This document shows, piece by piece, positions 19,582 through 28,676 of a stretch of 64,000 nucleotides of DNA; the first letter of the stretch is position 1; the number at the start of each line of letters is the position of its first letter. Both the position numbers and the translations under genes were made by a program. Source of the stretch: an uncultured bacterium (GTDB lineage Bacteria; Nitrospirota; JACRHL01). Below the pieces are notes generated by a model. That model saw only the letters and a program-made list of their open reading frames with translations. It searched no databases and was not told where the DNA came from. Where the stretch lies: assembly GCA_965371175.1 (NCBI GenBank), contig CBDUXI010000001.1:26336-90335 (forward strand), read 5' to 3'.

Positions 19582-20841
19582 ATGAATGACATTGCAGCCT
19601 ATGTGAAAGAGCGGGCCCGGCGGGTGAAAGAGGCATCCGTGCGCCTGGCTTCCACCGCCACCGACATCAAGGACCGGGCGCTCACCGATATGGCCGACGC
19701 GCTGGTCGCCCAGGGCGATGCGATTTGCGACGCCAACAAAAAAGACCTGACGGCGGGAAAGGAAAAGGGCCTGACCGACGCCATGCTCGACCGGTTGAAA
19801 CTGGATACCGCCCGCATTACCGCCATGGCCGACGGCCTGCGGGAAATTGCCCTGCTGCCCGATCCGGTGGGAGAAATCGACGGCATGGTGCGCCGCCCCG
19901 GCGGCTTTTCGGTGGGACGCATGCGTGTGCCCATCGGCGTCATCGGCATCGTCTACGAATCGCGCCCCAACGTCACGGCGGATGCCGCCGCCCTGTGCAT
20001 CAAAAGTGGAAATGCCGTGCTGCTGAAGGGTGGCTCCGAGGCCATCCACTCCAATACCGTCATCGCCCGTATTCTGGATGAGGCCGGAAAAAAAGCCGGG
20101 TTGCCGGAAAACACCGTGGTGCTGCTGGAAACCACCGACCGGGCGGCAGTGGACCACATGCTGGTACAGGATGCCTGTATCGACCTGATCATCCCCCGTG
20201 GGGGTGAGGGACTGATCCGCATGGTCACCAAAAAAAGCCGCATTCCCGTCATCAAGCACGACAAGGGCGTGTGCCACACCTATGTGGATCAGGCCGCAGA
20301 CCTGAACATGGCGATGGAATTGACCATCAACGCCAAGGTGCAGCGCCCCGGCGTGTGCAACTCGCTGGAAACCGTGCTGGTACACAAAAAGGTGGCCGAT
20401 ACCTTTCTGCCGGACCTGAATGCACGGCTGAAAACCGAAAAGGTGACCGCCCACGCCTGCCCGCAAAGCAAAAAGAAGATGCCGGATGCCGTGGCCGCAA
20501 CAGAGGCGGACTGGGATACCGAATGGCTGAGCCTGGACATGGGCGTCAAAGTGGTGGACAGCTTTGAAGACGCAGTGGACCACATGCACCGGTACGGCTC
20601 CCGCCATACCGAGGTGATCGTCACCGGCGACTACGCCACCGCCATGCGCTTTGTGCGCGAGGTGGACGCAGCGTCGGTGCACGTGAACGCCTCGTCCCGC
20701 CTGCACGACGGGGCGGTGTTCGGGCTGGGGGCCGAGATCGGCATCAGCACCTCACGCATTCACGCCCGCGGAGCGATGGGGCTCAAGGAACTCACTTGCC
20801 AGAAATTTGTGGTGTTCGGTGACGGACAAGTCCGCCCGTAG
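19582..20841 (+). CDS. proA: Gamma-glutamyl phosphate reductase
   Basis: PIGVIGIVYESRPNVT, IIPRGGEGLI, CNSLET, GAEIGIST. Confidence 0.96.
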   Translation: MNDIAAYVKERARRVKEASVRLASTATDIKDRALTDMADALVAQGDAICDANKKDLTAGKEKGLTDAMLDRLKLDTARITAMADGLREIALLPDPVGEIDGMVRRPGGFSVGRMRVPIGVIGIVYESRPNVTADAAALCIKSGNAVLLKGGSEAIHSNTVIARILDEAGKKAGLPENTVVLLETTDRAAVDHMLVQDACIDLIIPRGGEGLIRMVTKKSRIPVIKHDKGVCHTYVDQAADLNMAMELTINAKVQRPGVCNSLETVLVHKKVADTFLPDLNARLKTEKVTAHACPQSKKKMPDAVAATEADWDTEWLSLDMGVKVVDSFEDAVDHMHRYGSRHTEVIVTGDYATAMRFVREVDAASVHVNASSRLHDGAVFGLGAEIGISTSRIHARGAMGLKELTCQKFVVFGDGQVRP

Positions 20842-21511
20842 CCACACTTCGCCCAGGGTCGGCATTTTTGGCGGCACCTTCAATCCGGTGCACGAATGCC
20901 ACCTGACGGTGGCGGAAGCGGCCCGGAAGGATCTTGATCTGGATCGCATCTGCTTTGTGCCCGCAGGCACGCCGCCGGTCAAACGGGCCGATCTGGCCCC
21001 GGCTGCCGACCGGCTGGAAATGGTCCGCATGGCCACCAGCGGAAAAGCCGGCTTTGAGGTATCCGGTGTAGAGATACGCCGGGACGGGCCGTCCTACACC
21101 ATCGACACCCTGACACAGCTCAAAACCGATCAGCCGGAGGTGGACTGGACGTTTATTTTAGGGCTGGATGCGGTATTGGGTATCGGCAGTTGGCACCGGC
21201 CCGACGCGGTGCTCAGGGCGGCACCCATGGCCGTGCTGTACCGTGCCGGTGCGTCGTTTGGGCAGTTGCGGGAGGTGCCACAGCTTGCCGGGGTGGATTT
21301 TGCCCCCCTGGACCCATGCTGCGGGGACGACCCGACCGTGCCGGTGCACCTGTTTTCCGCCGACGGCATCCACCTGATACTGGTGCCGATCCCCCCGTGT
21401 CCGGCTTCCGGTACGGACATTCGCGCCGCCCTTCGCAAGGGAGATTACCATCCGGACGGCTTGTCTGAACAAGTATCTGCCTATATAATGCAGCATCATT
21501 TGTATGTCTGA
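20819..21511 (+). CDS. nadD: Nicotinate-nucleotide adenylyltransferase
   Basis: GIFGGTFNPVHECH, SYTIDTL, FILGLDA. proA-nadD-rsfS synteny. Start approximate. Confidence 0.9.
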   Translation: MTDKSARSHTSPRVGIFGGTFNPVHECHLTVAEAARKDLDLDRICFVPAGTPPVKRADLAPAADRLEMVRMATSGKAGFEVSGVEIRRDGPSYTIDTLTQLKTDQPEVDWTFILGLDAVLGIGSWHRPDAVLRAAPMAVLYRAGASFGQLREVPQLAGVDFAPLDPCCGDDPTVPVHLFSADGIHLILVPIPPCPASGTDIRAALRKGDYHPDGLSEQVSAYIMQHHLYV

Positions 21512-21893
21512 ATCCCGCAAAAAACCGGAGCCCGAGGCGCTCTCTTCCGAAGAAATCGCACGCATTGTTGTGGCTGCCGCCGACGACAAGCACGGCCATG
21601 ACATTCAGGCGTTGTGCGTGCGGGATCTGACCAGCATCGCCGACTACTTCGTGCTGATATCCGCCACCTCCACCACCCAGGTGAATGCCATTTACGAAGG
21701 CGTGGACCAGGCCCTGAGCAAGCACGGGATCGAACCACTGGCCACTGAGGGCAAGGGCGAGCGGCGCTGGATGCTGCTGGACTACGCCGACGTGATCGTG
21801 CACATCTTTCTGGAAGATGTGCGTGAGTTTTACGGTCTGGAACGGCTGTGGGGCGACGCCCCGAAACTGGAGCTGGGCCTGCCGGGCGACTGA
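21504..21893 (+). CDS. rsfS: Ribosomal silencing factor
   Basis: IADYFVL, WMLLDYADVIVHIF, FYGLERLW. Confidence 0.95.
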   Translation: MSESRKKPEPEALSSEEIARIVVAAADDKHGHDIQALCVRDLTSIADYFVLISATSTTQVNAIYEGVDQALSKHGIEPLATEGKGERRWMLLDYADVIVHIFLEDVREFYGLERLWGDAPKLELGLPGD

Positions 21894-21984
21894 CTTTCCG
21901 TTTCGTACGCCACCGTCCGATGGTGTATGGTACAACGCCTTGTACGGCGGGCCGCACGGCCTGATAACGGTTAGGGAGATGTGC

Positions 21985-23328
21985 ATGCGCACCCTGTTAT
22001 TTTTTTCGCTGGTCATCATCGCTGCGGCGGGATACGTGGGCTATTTCAACGACACCGTGGTGTCGGTGGCCGTTACCAAAACAAAAAGTTACGACGTGGG
22101 GCTGGTCACGCTGCTTTTGGGGTGCCTGACGGCGGGACTTGCCATGGGGCTGGGCGGCACCATGCTGCGGGACGCACAGCTTTTCTTTGTGAACTTAAGC
22201 GCCAAACGCCGCCTGCGGCATACCGATCGGGTACACACCCTGTTCCAGCAGGCAGAGCGGGAGCGACTGGCGGGACGCGCCGCAAAGGCCCGCGAATTGT
22301 ATAAAAAAATCAATAAAATCAATCCGGAGTATGTACCGGCCATCTCCCGTACGGGGGACTTGGCCCGCGACAAAGGGGCACACAAAGAGGCGGTCTCCCT
22401 GCACCGGCTGGCATTTCGTCTGGACCCGGACGATCCCAACCACCGGCTGTCCATGATCGACGATTACATGGGCATGGAATCGTACGGCAGCGCCGTGCAG
22501 CTGATCGAACAGGTTTTGGCCGAAGATGCAAAAAACCAGACGCTGCTCATGCGCCTGCGCGACATCCACGCAAAAACCGGTGAATGGGACGCGGCCACAT
22601 CGGCCCAGGAACAGCTGATCAAAACCGCCATGACCGGGCTCGATTCAAAAGGGGAGGCGGCCACCCTGGCCGGTTTTCGCTACGAGGCCGCCGCCGCCCG
22701 GCTGGCCGCAGGCAAGACCGAACGGGGCAAGAGCATACTCAAGGAAATGGTGCGCCAAAATTCCACCTTTGCACCGGCTTATATGTCGCTGGGGAGCGTA
22801 CTCATGGGGGAGGGTAAGGCATCTGAGGCGCTCGCTCTATACCGGGATGCCTATGAACAGACCCGCGATGAAAGCTTTTTGCCCGCCATCGAAAACCTGT
22901 TTATCGTGCAACTGGAAGAGCCGCGGGAGGCGATTCGCTACTTCACCACCCTGGTGGAGCGCGACCCGAAAAGCCTGCCGCTGCGCTATTTTCTGGGGCG
23001 TATCTATTACCGGCTGGAGATGATTGACGACGCCCTGCACGTGCTCACCCAACTGGAGCATCAGGCCGGGGGATCCCCTGCGGTTAACGAGATGGTGGGG
23101 CGCATCAGCCTGCGCCGGGGCGAGGTGGGCGAGGCCCTTTCGGCCTTTGGCGAAGCCAGTCCCGCCGTGCCGTACGGCTGCAAACAATGCGGCATGGGAC
23201 AGGATAAGTGGGCACCCCGTTGCGCGGCGTGTGGCCAGTGGGGCCAGGTGGTTCCGGTACTGGCCATCACCCAGCGGGCCGACACCACCCCTGGAGAAGT
23301 TCTCCCGGTACAACCCGCCCGAACTTAA
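21985..23328 (+). CDS. LapA-LapB (YciS-YciM)-like fusion: two TM segments, TPR repeats and a C-terminal rubredoxin-like zinc ribbon
   Basis: N-terminal TM-loop-TM, helical TPR repeats, and CKQC...CAACGQW. Confidence 0.75.
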   Translation: MRTLLFFSLVIIAAAGYVGYFNDTVVSVAVTKTKSYDVGLVTLLLGCLTAGLAMGLGGTMLRDAQLFFVNLSAKRRLRHTDRVHTLFQQAERERLAGRAAKARELYKKINKINPEYVPAISRTGDLARDKGAHKEAVSLHRLAFRLDPDDPNHRLSMIDDYMGMESYGSAVQLIEQVLAEDAKNQTLLMRLRDIHAKTGEWDAATSAQEQLIKTAMTGLDSKGEAATLAGFRYEAAAARLAAGKTERGKSILKEMVRQNSTFAPAYMSLGSVLMGEGKASEALALYRDAYEQTRDESFLPAIENLFIVQLEEPREAIRYFTTLVERDPKSLPLRYFLGRIYYRLEMIDDALHVLTQLEHQAGGSPAVNEMVGRISLRRGEVGEALSAFGEASPAVPYGCKQCGMGQDKWAPRCAACGQWGQVVPVLAITQRADTTPGEVLPVQPART

Positions 23329-23341
23329 CCGTTCCGCGCCT

Positions 23342-23464
23342 GAGACGGCGGATATCACGGCACCTGCTTCGTTGCTGCTCGGGAAAAAATACTCGACGTA
23401 GCAGACTACGCCTCCGGTTTTTTCCCTTCACGCGCCTTGCATCTGCCGCAATCTCCACCACCTC
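23342..23464. repeat. ~123-bp palindromic intergenic element (ERIC/IRU-like MITE)
   Basis: Imperfect 21-bp terminal inverted arms. Internal TGCnnCGTTG...CTCG..GTA..TACG...GCCTTGCA core shared with the element at 53678-53804. Confidence 0.6.
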
Positions 23465-23471
23465 CCTGATT

Positions 23472-23498
23472 GTCATTCCCGCGTACGCGGGAATCCAG
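23472..23498. repeat. REP-like palindrome GTCATTCCCGCGTACGCGGGAATCCAG
   Basis: Matches the widespread GTCATTCCCGCGnnnGCGGGAATCC (dRS3/CGTC-type REP) pattern. Single copy here. Confidence 0.7.
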
Positions 23499-23516
23499 AG
23501 AGGGTGAGGATCACGC

Positions 23517-23546
23517 AAAAAAAACGCCCCGTTTCCGGAGCGTTTT
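23517..23546 (-). terminator. Probable intrinsic terminator (possibly bidirectional)
   Basis: AAAAAAAACGCCCCG-TTTC-CGGAGCGTTTT. Confidence 0.55.
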
Positions 23547-23569
23547 AGAAAGCTTGCTGAAAGAGTCGG

Positions 23570-23908
23570 TCAGGTGCCCGGCGCCTTCAGGAAATGGGCC
23601 AGAATCCAGCCGTCCATGCCGTCGCCCACCACGTGGTACCACTTGCCGCTGGGGAGCTTTTCGTACTGGTGGCGCATCACCTCGGTGCCGTGCTTGAGCT
23701 GGCCCAGCAGGCTGCAACCGCCCATCTGACCCCCCGCGCACGACCACACGGCCACTTCGGGCACCCGCAACACGCCGCTGGACATGCCGTTAATCAGCAT
23801 CTTTTTGGGTGGCTTGGGTTTTTTATCCGCGGCCATCGCCACGCTTCCTACAGACAGGCTCAGTACGGCCACCGCCATAACCAACAACCCTTTACGAACC
23901 ATTCCCAT
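23570..23908 (-). CDS. Secreted small protein with an SH3b-like domain
   Basis: Signal peptide (AMA/AD), then LKHGTEV...WYHV...DGWI. GGAGG RBS. Confidence 0.7.
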   Translation of the reverse strand: MGMVRKGLLVMAVAVLSLSVGSVAMAADKKPKPPKKMLINGMSSGVLRVPEVAVWSCAGGQMGGCSLLGQLKHGTEVMRHQYEKLPSGKWYHVVGDGMDGWILAHFLKAPGT

Positions 23909-24051
23909 GAGGACACCTCCGACACCAGTTTGAGCAAACATACAACGAAAAATCGATAAGATCCTCAGATAATAGCGTCTTGCCGGGCCGTTTGGCAAGG
24001 CGGGAGAGAGGTTCTCAGGTACTTGCGACCTGCGATTACTGAATTACCTTG

Positions 24052-25326
24052 TCACTCCCTGCTTTCACACTCCTCCGAAGAAACTCGTGATGGGGCGGTC
24101 CGCTGAAATAATTCGGTAATCTCGCGGATATCACTCGGATGCTCCTGACGATACTGGCGCTGCTTTTCCCTCACCTGTTCCAGGTGGGCCTCAATGGTGC
24201 TGCCGGTCAAACGGTTTCCGATATCGTCGGGAACGGTGCGTTCAGGATGGTTGTAGCCGAACACCCGATCCAGCACCAAGTTGCCCAGTGCCACCTTGTA
24301 ATGGCTGGGTTCCTGATGCCAGGTCATCCGGGCATCCCTTTCCTTTTTCGGTGGTACCTGCTCCATGGTCAGGGAGGTATATCCGCTAAAATCCCAGAGC
24401 GGAAAAGGGGGGGCTCCGTGTTCTTTTGCCACCGCTTCGTTGATGTTCACCAGTTGCCGCTTCCACGACTCAAATTGAGGCCAGAGCCCTAATATGGAAA
24501 TGGTTTCCGCCATCCAGGCATGGTTGGGCGAAATCAGCATCCGCATGTCAATGTTTCGGCTGTACGCCAACTCCAGGATGTCCCGGAAGGCACTCAGGCT
24601 GTTTTTATCACCGTCCGGGTGGTCAAACCGGTGTTCTTTGCATTGCCCCCGCAAAAAAACACCGGACAGGTAAAACACCAATTTGTTTTTAAATGTCTGG
24701 CGAACTCCCTGCCGACCCTTCTCCCGGATCAGTTCCCGGCCATCGGGCAGGTAACGCAACGGCTCTTTTTGACTGAGCAGGGTTAATATGCTAGCCCTCA
24801 GGGCATCGCCGGAAAACAGGAAGCGGAACATGTCGCCGTACCACCCGATTGGCCGCCCCCCTCCGCGGACGCTGGCCAGCCGTGCCTCGTCAAAGTCGCT
24901 TGTGGGGTCCAGCAACGCGTTGAAGGCCATAAAGTCCAGCGCCAGTACCACTTGTTCCACCGGGTGACCGGCATCGGCGTGCTGGAAGTGCCGTGATATC
25001 TGATAGATGGGGGCGCCGGGAATACCGAGGTTGTAAACTGGTTGCCTGTCCCAGCCCGGGTGCCCGGGGTCCAGCCCGCGCTTCGCCCGGGAGATGCCCA
25101 GAATCAACGCCGCGGGTTTTTTTCGTTGCACGATATAAGTACTTCCGGTGGCCACGTGACGATGATATGCCGACTTTTTGGCGTTAAACCCTTCCCGTTC
25201 GACAATGGCGAATACCCAGTATGGATCGACCACCAGGTTGAACAGGCCGGACAAGCCGTACACCGCTACGACTGTCAGGGCAAAGACCCTGCCGTAACGT
25301 CGGAGCTGATGGCGGTGAAATCCCAT
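24052..25326 (-). CDS. Membrane-anchored SGNH-like protein, MBOAT partner (DltD/AlgJ-like role)
   Basis: N-terminal TM ending FNLVVDPY, then LILGISR, VYNLGIPG and C-terminal EPSHY. Lies 3 bp after the MBOAT stop. Confidence 0.7.
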   Translation of the reverse strand: MGFHRHQLRRYGRVFALTVVAVYGLSGLFNLVVDPYWVFAIVEREGFNAKKSAYHRHVATGSTYIVQRKKPAALILGISRAKRGLDPGHPGWDRQPVYNLGIPGAPIYQISRHFQHADAGHPVEQVVLALDFMAFNALLDPTSDFDEARLASVRGGGRPIGWYGDMFRFLFSGDALRASILTLLSQKEPLRYLPDGRELIREKGRQGVRQTFKNKLVFYLSGVFLRGQCKEHRFDHPDGDKNSLSAFRDILELAYSRNIDMRMLISPNHAWMAETISILGLWPQFESWKRQLVNINEAVAKEHGAPPFPLWDFSGYTSLTMEQVPPKKERDARMTWHQEPSHYKVALGNLVLDRVFGYNHPERTVPDDIGNRLTGSTIEAHLEQVREKQRQYRQEHPSDIREITELFQRTAPSRVSSEECESRE

Positions 25327-25329
25327 GGA

Positions 25330-26910
25330 CTAGAACTGGAAGTACAGGAATTCACTCACCGAAGTGAGGCCCATCATGCTGACTGCGGCAAGCAGCGCCA
25401 ACCCCACGGCCCAGGGAACGGTGGGGCGCCATTGCCACCATTTCCGGCTTGCGCTGCGGCGGGTCCATTCGTACACATCCAGGGCAGGAGTGTGGCGCGC
25501 CATAAACTGAGCCGTATTAGGCATAAAAACGGCCAGCAGGTATAGTCCGAGCAATGATCCAATCTCCTTGATTCCCCGAAAGTACGGTGTCTGGTCAAAG
25601 GTCAATCCCATACTGGTGAGCAGATCGCCAAGTCCGAACAGGCTGTTCAGTCGTGGCAGATAATCCGCGGGCACGGTAAAGCCGTTGAACCCCGCCATGG
25701 CCTGAATGATGGATACGGCTGCGGGCATGGTTTCCGCCCGAAAGAACACCCAGGCGACGATCACGGCCAGAAACGTAATGGTGTGGGCCGTGGCGCGGCC
25801 CCACCAGGTGGGCTGCCCCTTTTCCATGCCGATCATCCGCAACAGGCCGTGCCAGGAATGATTAATAATCAGGTACAGCCCGTGCAACGCCCCCCAGAAA
25901 ATAAACGTCCAGCCGGCCCCGTGCCACAGGCCGCCCAGCAACATGGTGACAAACAGGTTGATATGCCGTCGGGCCTTTCCCTTTCTGTTTCCTCCCAGCG
26001 GAATGTAAAGGTAGTCCCGCAGGAACCGGGATAGGGTCATATGCCAGCGCCGCCAGAACTGAATGATGTTGCTTGCCTTGTAGGGGGAATAGAAGTTGAG
26101 GGGCAGCCTGATTCCAAACATCCGGGCCGCCCCGATTGCCATATCGGAGTATCCCGCAAAGTCGAAATATATCTGGAACGTATAGGCCATGGCCCCACCC
26201 CAGGCTTCAAAAAAGGTAAGCGCTTCCCCCCTTGCGGCGGCATCAAACACCGGGGTGGCATAGGTTGCCACCCCGTCTGCCAGAATGGCCTTTTTAAACA
26301 GTCCGATCGAAAAAATGGAGACCCCTACCACCAGGTTCTGGTGGCTCAACCGGTATACCGCCTCGCGGGCAAACTGCGGAAGCATCTCCCTGTGATGCAC
26401 AATCGGCCCCGCAATCAGTTGTGGGAAAAAGGTTACAAACAGGCTGTAATGCAGAAAGTTGAGTTCCCGGGTTTCCCTTCGGTAGGCATCTACCAGATAG
26501 GCCACCTGCTGGAAGGTGAAAAAAGAAATGGCAAGCGGCAGGATAATGGTTTCGATACGAAACCCGGAATCAAAAAGTAGCCGGGTGCTGTCGACAAAAA
26601 AGTTGGCGTACTTAAAGTAGCCCAGAAGACTCAGATTGGTGCCGACACCGAATGTCAGCACCCACTTTCGATGGGCCTGGGCATGGTTGGTGGAACCTGA
26701 TGCCAGGGCCACCCCCACTGCGTAATTGAACAAGACCGAAAAAAGGATCAGCCCGACATAGGCGGGGTTCCACCAGGCATAAAAAAACAGGGAAGCCCCC
26801 ACCAGCCAGGCAATGGCCACCTGGTGGTGTCCCATTCCCCCGATTCGGTAGAACACGAACAGGGTGACCGGAAGGAACACAAAGATGAATTCGTAGGAGT
26901 TGAACAGCAT
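25330..26910 (-). CDS. MBOAT family O-acyltransferase (AlgI/PatA/DltB-like)
   Basis: MLFNSYEF, LPLAISFFTFQQ, FFPQLIAGPI, QIYFDFAGYSDMAIG, FWRRWHMTLS, GLWHGA, FLYFQF. Confidence 0.93.
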   Translation of the reverse strand: MLFNSYEFIFVFLPVTLFVFYRIGGMGHHQVAIAWLVGASLFFYAWWNPAYVGLILFSVLFNYAVGVALASGSTNHAQAHRKWVLTFGVGTNLSLLGYFKYANFFVDSTRLLFDSGFRIETIILPLAISFFTFQQVAYLVDAYRRETRELNFLHYSLFVTFFPQLIAGPIVHHREMLPQFAREAVYRLSHQNLVVGVSIFSIGLFKKAILADGVATYATPVFDAAARGEALTFFEAWGGAMAYTFQIYFDFAGYSDMAIGAARMFGIRLPLNFYSPYKASNIIQFWRRWHMTLSRFLRDYLYIPLGGNRKGKARRHINLFVTMLLGGLWHGAGWTFIFWGALHGLYLIINHSWHGLLRMIGMEKGQPTWWGRATAHTITFLAVIVAWVFFRAETMPAAVSIIQAMAGFNGFTVPADYLPRLNSLFGLGDLLTSMGLTFDQTPYFRGIKEIGSLLGLYLLAVFMPNTAQFMARHTPALDVYEWTRRSASRKWWQWRPTVPWAVGLALLAAVSMMGLTSVSEFLYFQF

Positions 26911-26987
26911 GGGTGCGGGCCATTGTGTTCCACCCCCTTATTCAGGTCAAATCAGGGCGTTATCCATGTGTGCGGGGTAACCGAAAA

Positions 26988-27074
26988 TGGTGCCGAAGGC
27001 GGGAATCGAACCCGCACGGGATTTCTCCCACCGCCCCCTCAAGACGGCGTGTCTACCAGTTCCACCACTTCGGC
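26988..27074 (-). tRNA. tRNA-Leu (GAG)
   Basis: GCCGAAGTGGTGGAACTGGTAGACACG CCGTC-TTGAGGG-GGCGG, long variable arm, GGTTCGATTCCC, ends in CCA. Confidence 0.96.
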
Positions 27075-27093
27075 GTGCATGGGAAGGGCAGAA

Positions 27094-27123
27094 ATAATAG
27101 GGAGAGATGCCTCGTTCCGTCAA
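27094..27123 (-). promoter_or_regulatory. Putative sigma70 promoter of tRNA-Leu
   Basis: TTGACG-18 nt-TATTAT. Confidence 0.55.
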
Positions 27124-27204
27124 CTGCTGATCTGCTATTCGCCTTGACCCGTACGGGAGGGATCGGGTCTACTCCCGGATTAACTTGGAGGGTCCGAACG
27201 GACG

Positions 27205-27783
27205 ATGAGCACCACCGATCAGAAGGCCAAACTAAGACAGCAGGTCCGCGCATGGCGGGACGACCTGTCCGCACACGATCAGGAAGTGCTCACCGAAGAG
27301 GTGGAGGCCCGACTGGTACCGCTTCCCGTCTTTAACGAGGCGAAAACCGTACTTACTTACGCCCATTTTGGCTCCGAGGCGGGCACCACGGGCATTGTGG
27401 CCCGCATACTGATGAGCGGGCGCAGGCTGGTGCTGCCACGGGTGGAAGACGATCAACTGGTGCTGTGCGTCATCACCAACCCGGTCATGGATCTTGCGCC
27501 GGGACAGTGGGGCATCCCGGAACCGGTGGCGGGGCTCCCCACGGTGAAAACCAGCGAGATTGACCTGTTTTTGCTGCCGGGCCTTGCGTTCGATGAACAC
27601 GGCGGACGATTGGGGTACGGACGTGGATTTTTCGACCGGGTGCTGGCAGACGCTGGCGGGGGAACCAAAATCGGGCTGGCGTTTGAAGGGCAGATGGTGG
27701 ACAAGGTGCCGGTCACGAAGACGGACGTACCCATGGACATGATTGTTACCTCGGATCGGATAATCCGGTGCGGGGCGAAATAA
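27205..27783 (+). CDS. ygfA: 5-formyltetrahydrofolate cyclo-ligase
   Basis: GQWGIPEP, PGLAFD..GGRLGYGRGFFDR. Confidence 0.93.
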   Translation: MSTTDQKAKLRQQVRAWRDDLSAHDQEVLTEEVEARLVPLPVFNEAKTVLTYAHFGSEAGTTGIVARILMSGRRLVLPRVEDDQLVLCVITNPVMDLAPGQWGIPEPVAGLPTVKTSEIDLFLLPGLAFDEHGGRLGYGRGFFDRVLADAGGGTKIGLAFEGQMVDKVPVTKTDVPMDMIVTSDRIIRCGAK

Positions 27784-27816
27784 ATTCAGCCATATTTTTA
27801 AGTGAGGGCAGCGCCG

Positions 27817-28674
27817 GTGTCGGCCAGGATCATTGACGGAAAAAAGATAGCCGCCGGGCTGCGTGAGGAAATCGCCGCCGAAGTTGCCGAGCTGAAAGAG
27901 GACGGCATCCATGTGGGGCTGGATGTGATTCTGGTGGGCAAGGACCCGGCCTCGGAAATCTATGTGCGCAACAAGGTGAAGGCGTGCGAGCAGGTGGGCA
28001 TCACCTCCAACGTGCATCACCTGGCCGAGGCCACCGATCAGAACCATCTGCTGGCCCTGATCCAGCGGCTGAACGCCGATCCCATGGTGGACGGCGTTCT
28101 GTTGCAACTGCCGCTGCCTGAGCACATCAACGAGGTGGAGGCGATCGCCGCCATCTCTCCGCGCAAGGACGTGGACGGCTTTCACGAAACCAACGTGGGC
28201 CGCCTGATGATCGGCGATACCATCTTCGCCCCGTGCACCCCGTACGGCATCATGAAGCTGATCGAAACCTGCGAGGGCGATACCGAGGGCCTGCACGCGG
28301 TGGTGGTGGGGGCAGGCAACGTGGGCAAGCCCATCGCCATCATGCTGATGCAGTCGGGGGCCACGGTGACCATCTGCCACGCATCCACCCGGAATCTGTC
28401 CGAACACACAAAACGCGGCGATATTTTAGTGGTGGCGGTGGGCAGCCCGAAGATGATTACCGCCGATATGGTCAAGCTCGGCGCGCTGGTCATCGACGTG
28501 GGCATCAACCGCATGGAAGACGGCAGCATCTGCGGCGACGTGGATTTTGACGACGTACGCAAGGTCGCCGGGTGGATCACCCCGGTGCCGGGCGGCGTGG
28601 GGCCGATGACCATTGCCATGCTGCTGTACAACACGGTGGAATCGGCCAAACGGCTGGCGGAAGAGTCGTCCTGA
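27817..28674 (+). CDS. folD: Methylenetetrahydrofolate dehydrogenase/cyclohydrolase
   Basis: YVRNK, LLQLPLP, KDVDG, PCTPYG, TPVPGGVGPMT. Confidence 0.96.
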   Translation: MSARIIDGKKIAAGLREEIAAEVAELKEDGIHVGLDVILVGKDPASEIYVRNKVKACEQVGITSNVHHLAEATDQNHLLALIQRLNADPMVDGVLLQLPLPEHINEVEAIAAISPRKDVDGFHETNVGRLMIGDTIFAPCTPYGIMKLIETCEGDTEGLHAVVVGAGNVGKPIAIMLMQSGATVTICHASTRNLSEHTKRGDILVVAVGSPKMITADMVKLGALVIDVGINRMEDGSICGDVDFDDVRKVAGWITPVPGGVGPMTIAMLLYNTVESAKRLAEESS

Positions 28675-28676
28675 GC

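Noticed and set aside
23472-23498. Palindrome resembling a type I-E CRISPR repeat
   Set aside because: Single copy with no spacers; it fits a REP/dRS3-like pattern better.
27075-27204. 6S RNA upstream of ygfA
   Set aside because: Only ~130 nt, occupied by divergent promoter-like sequences, with no long 6S-type rod.
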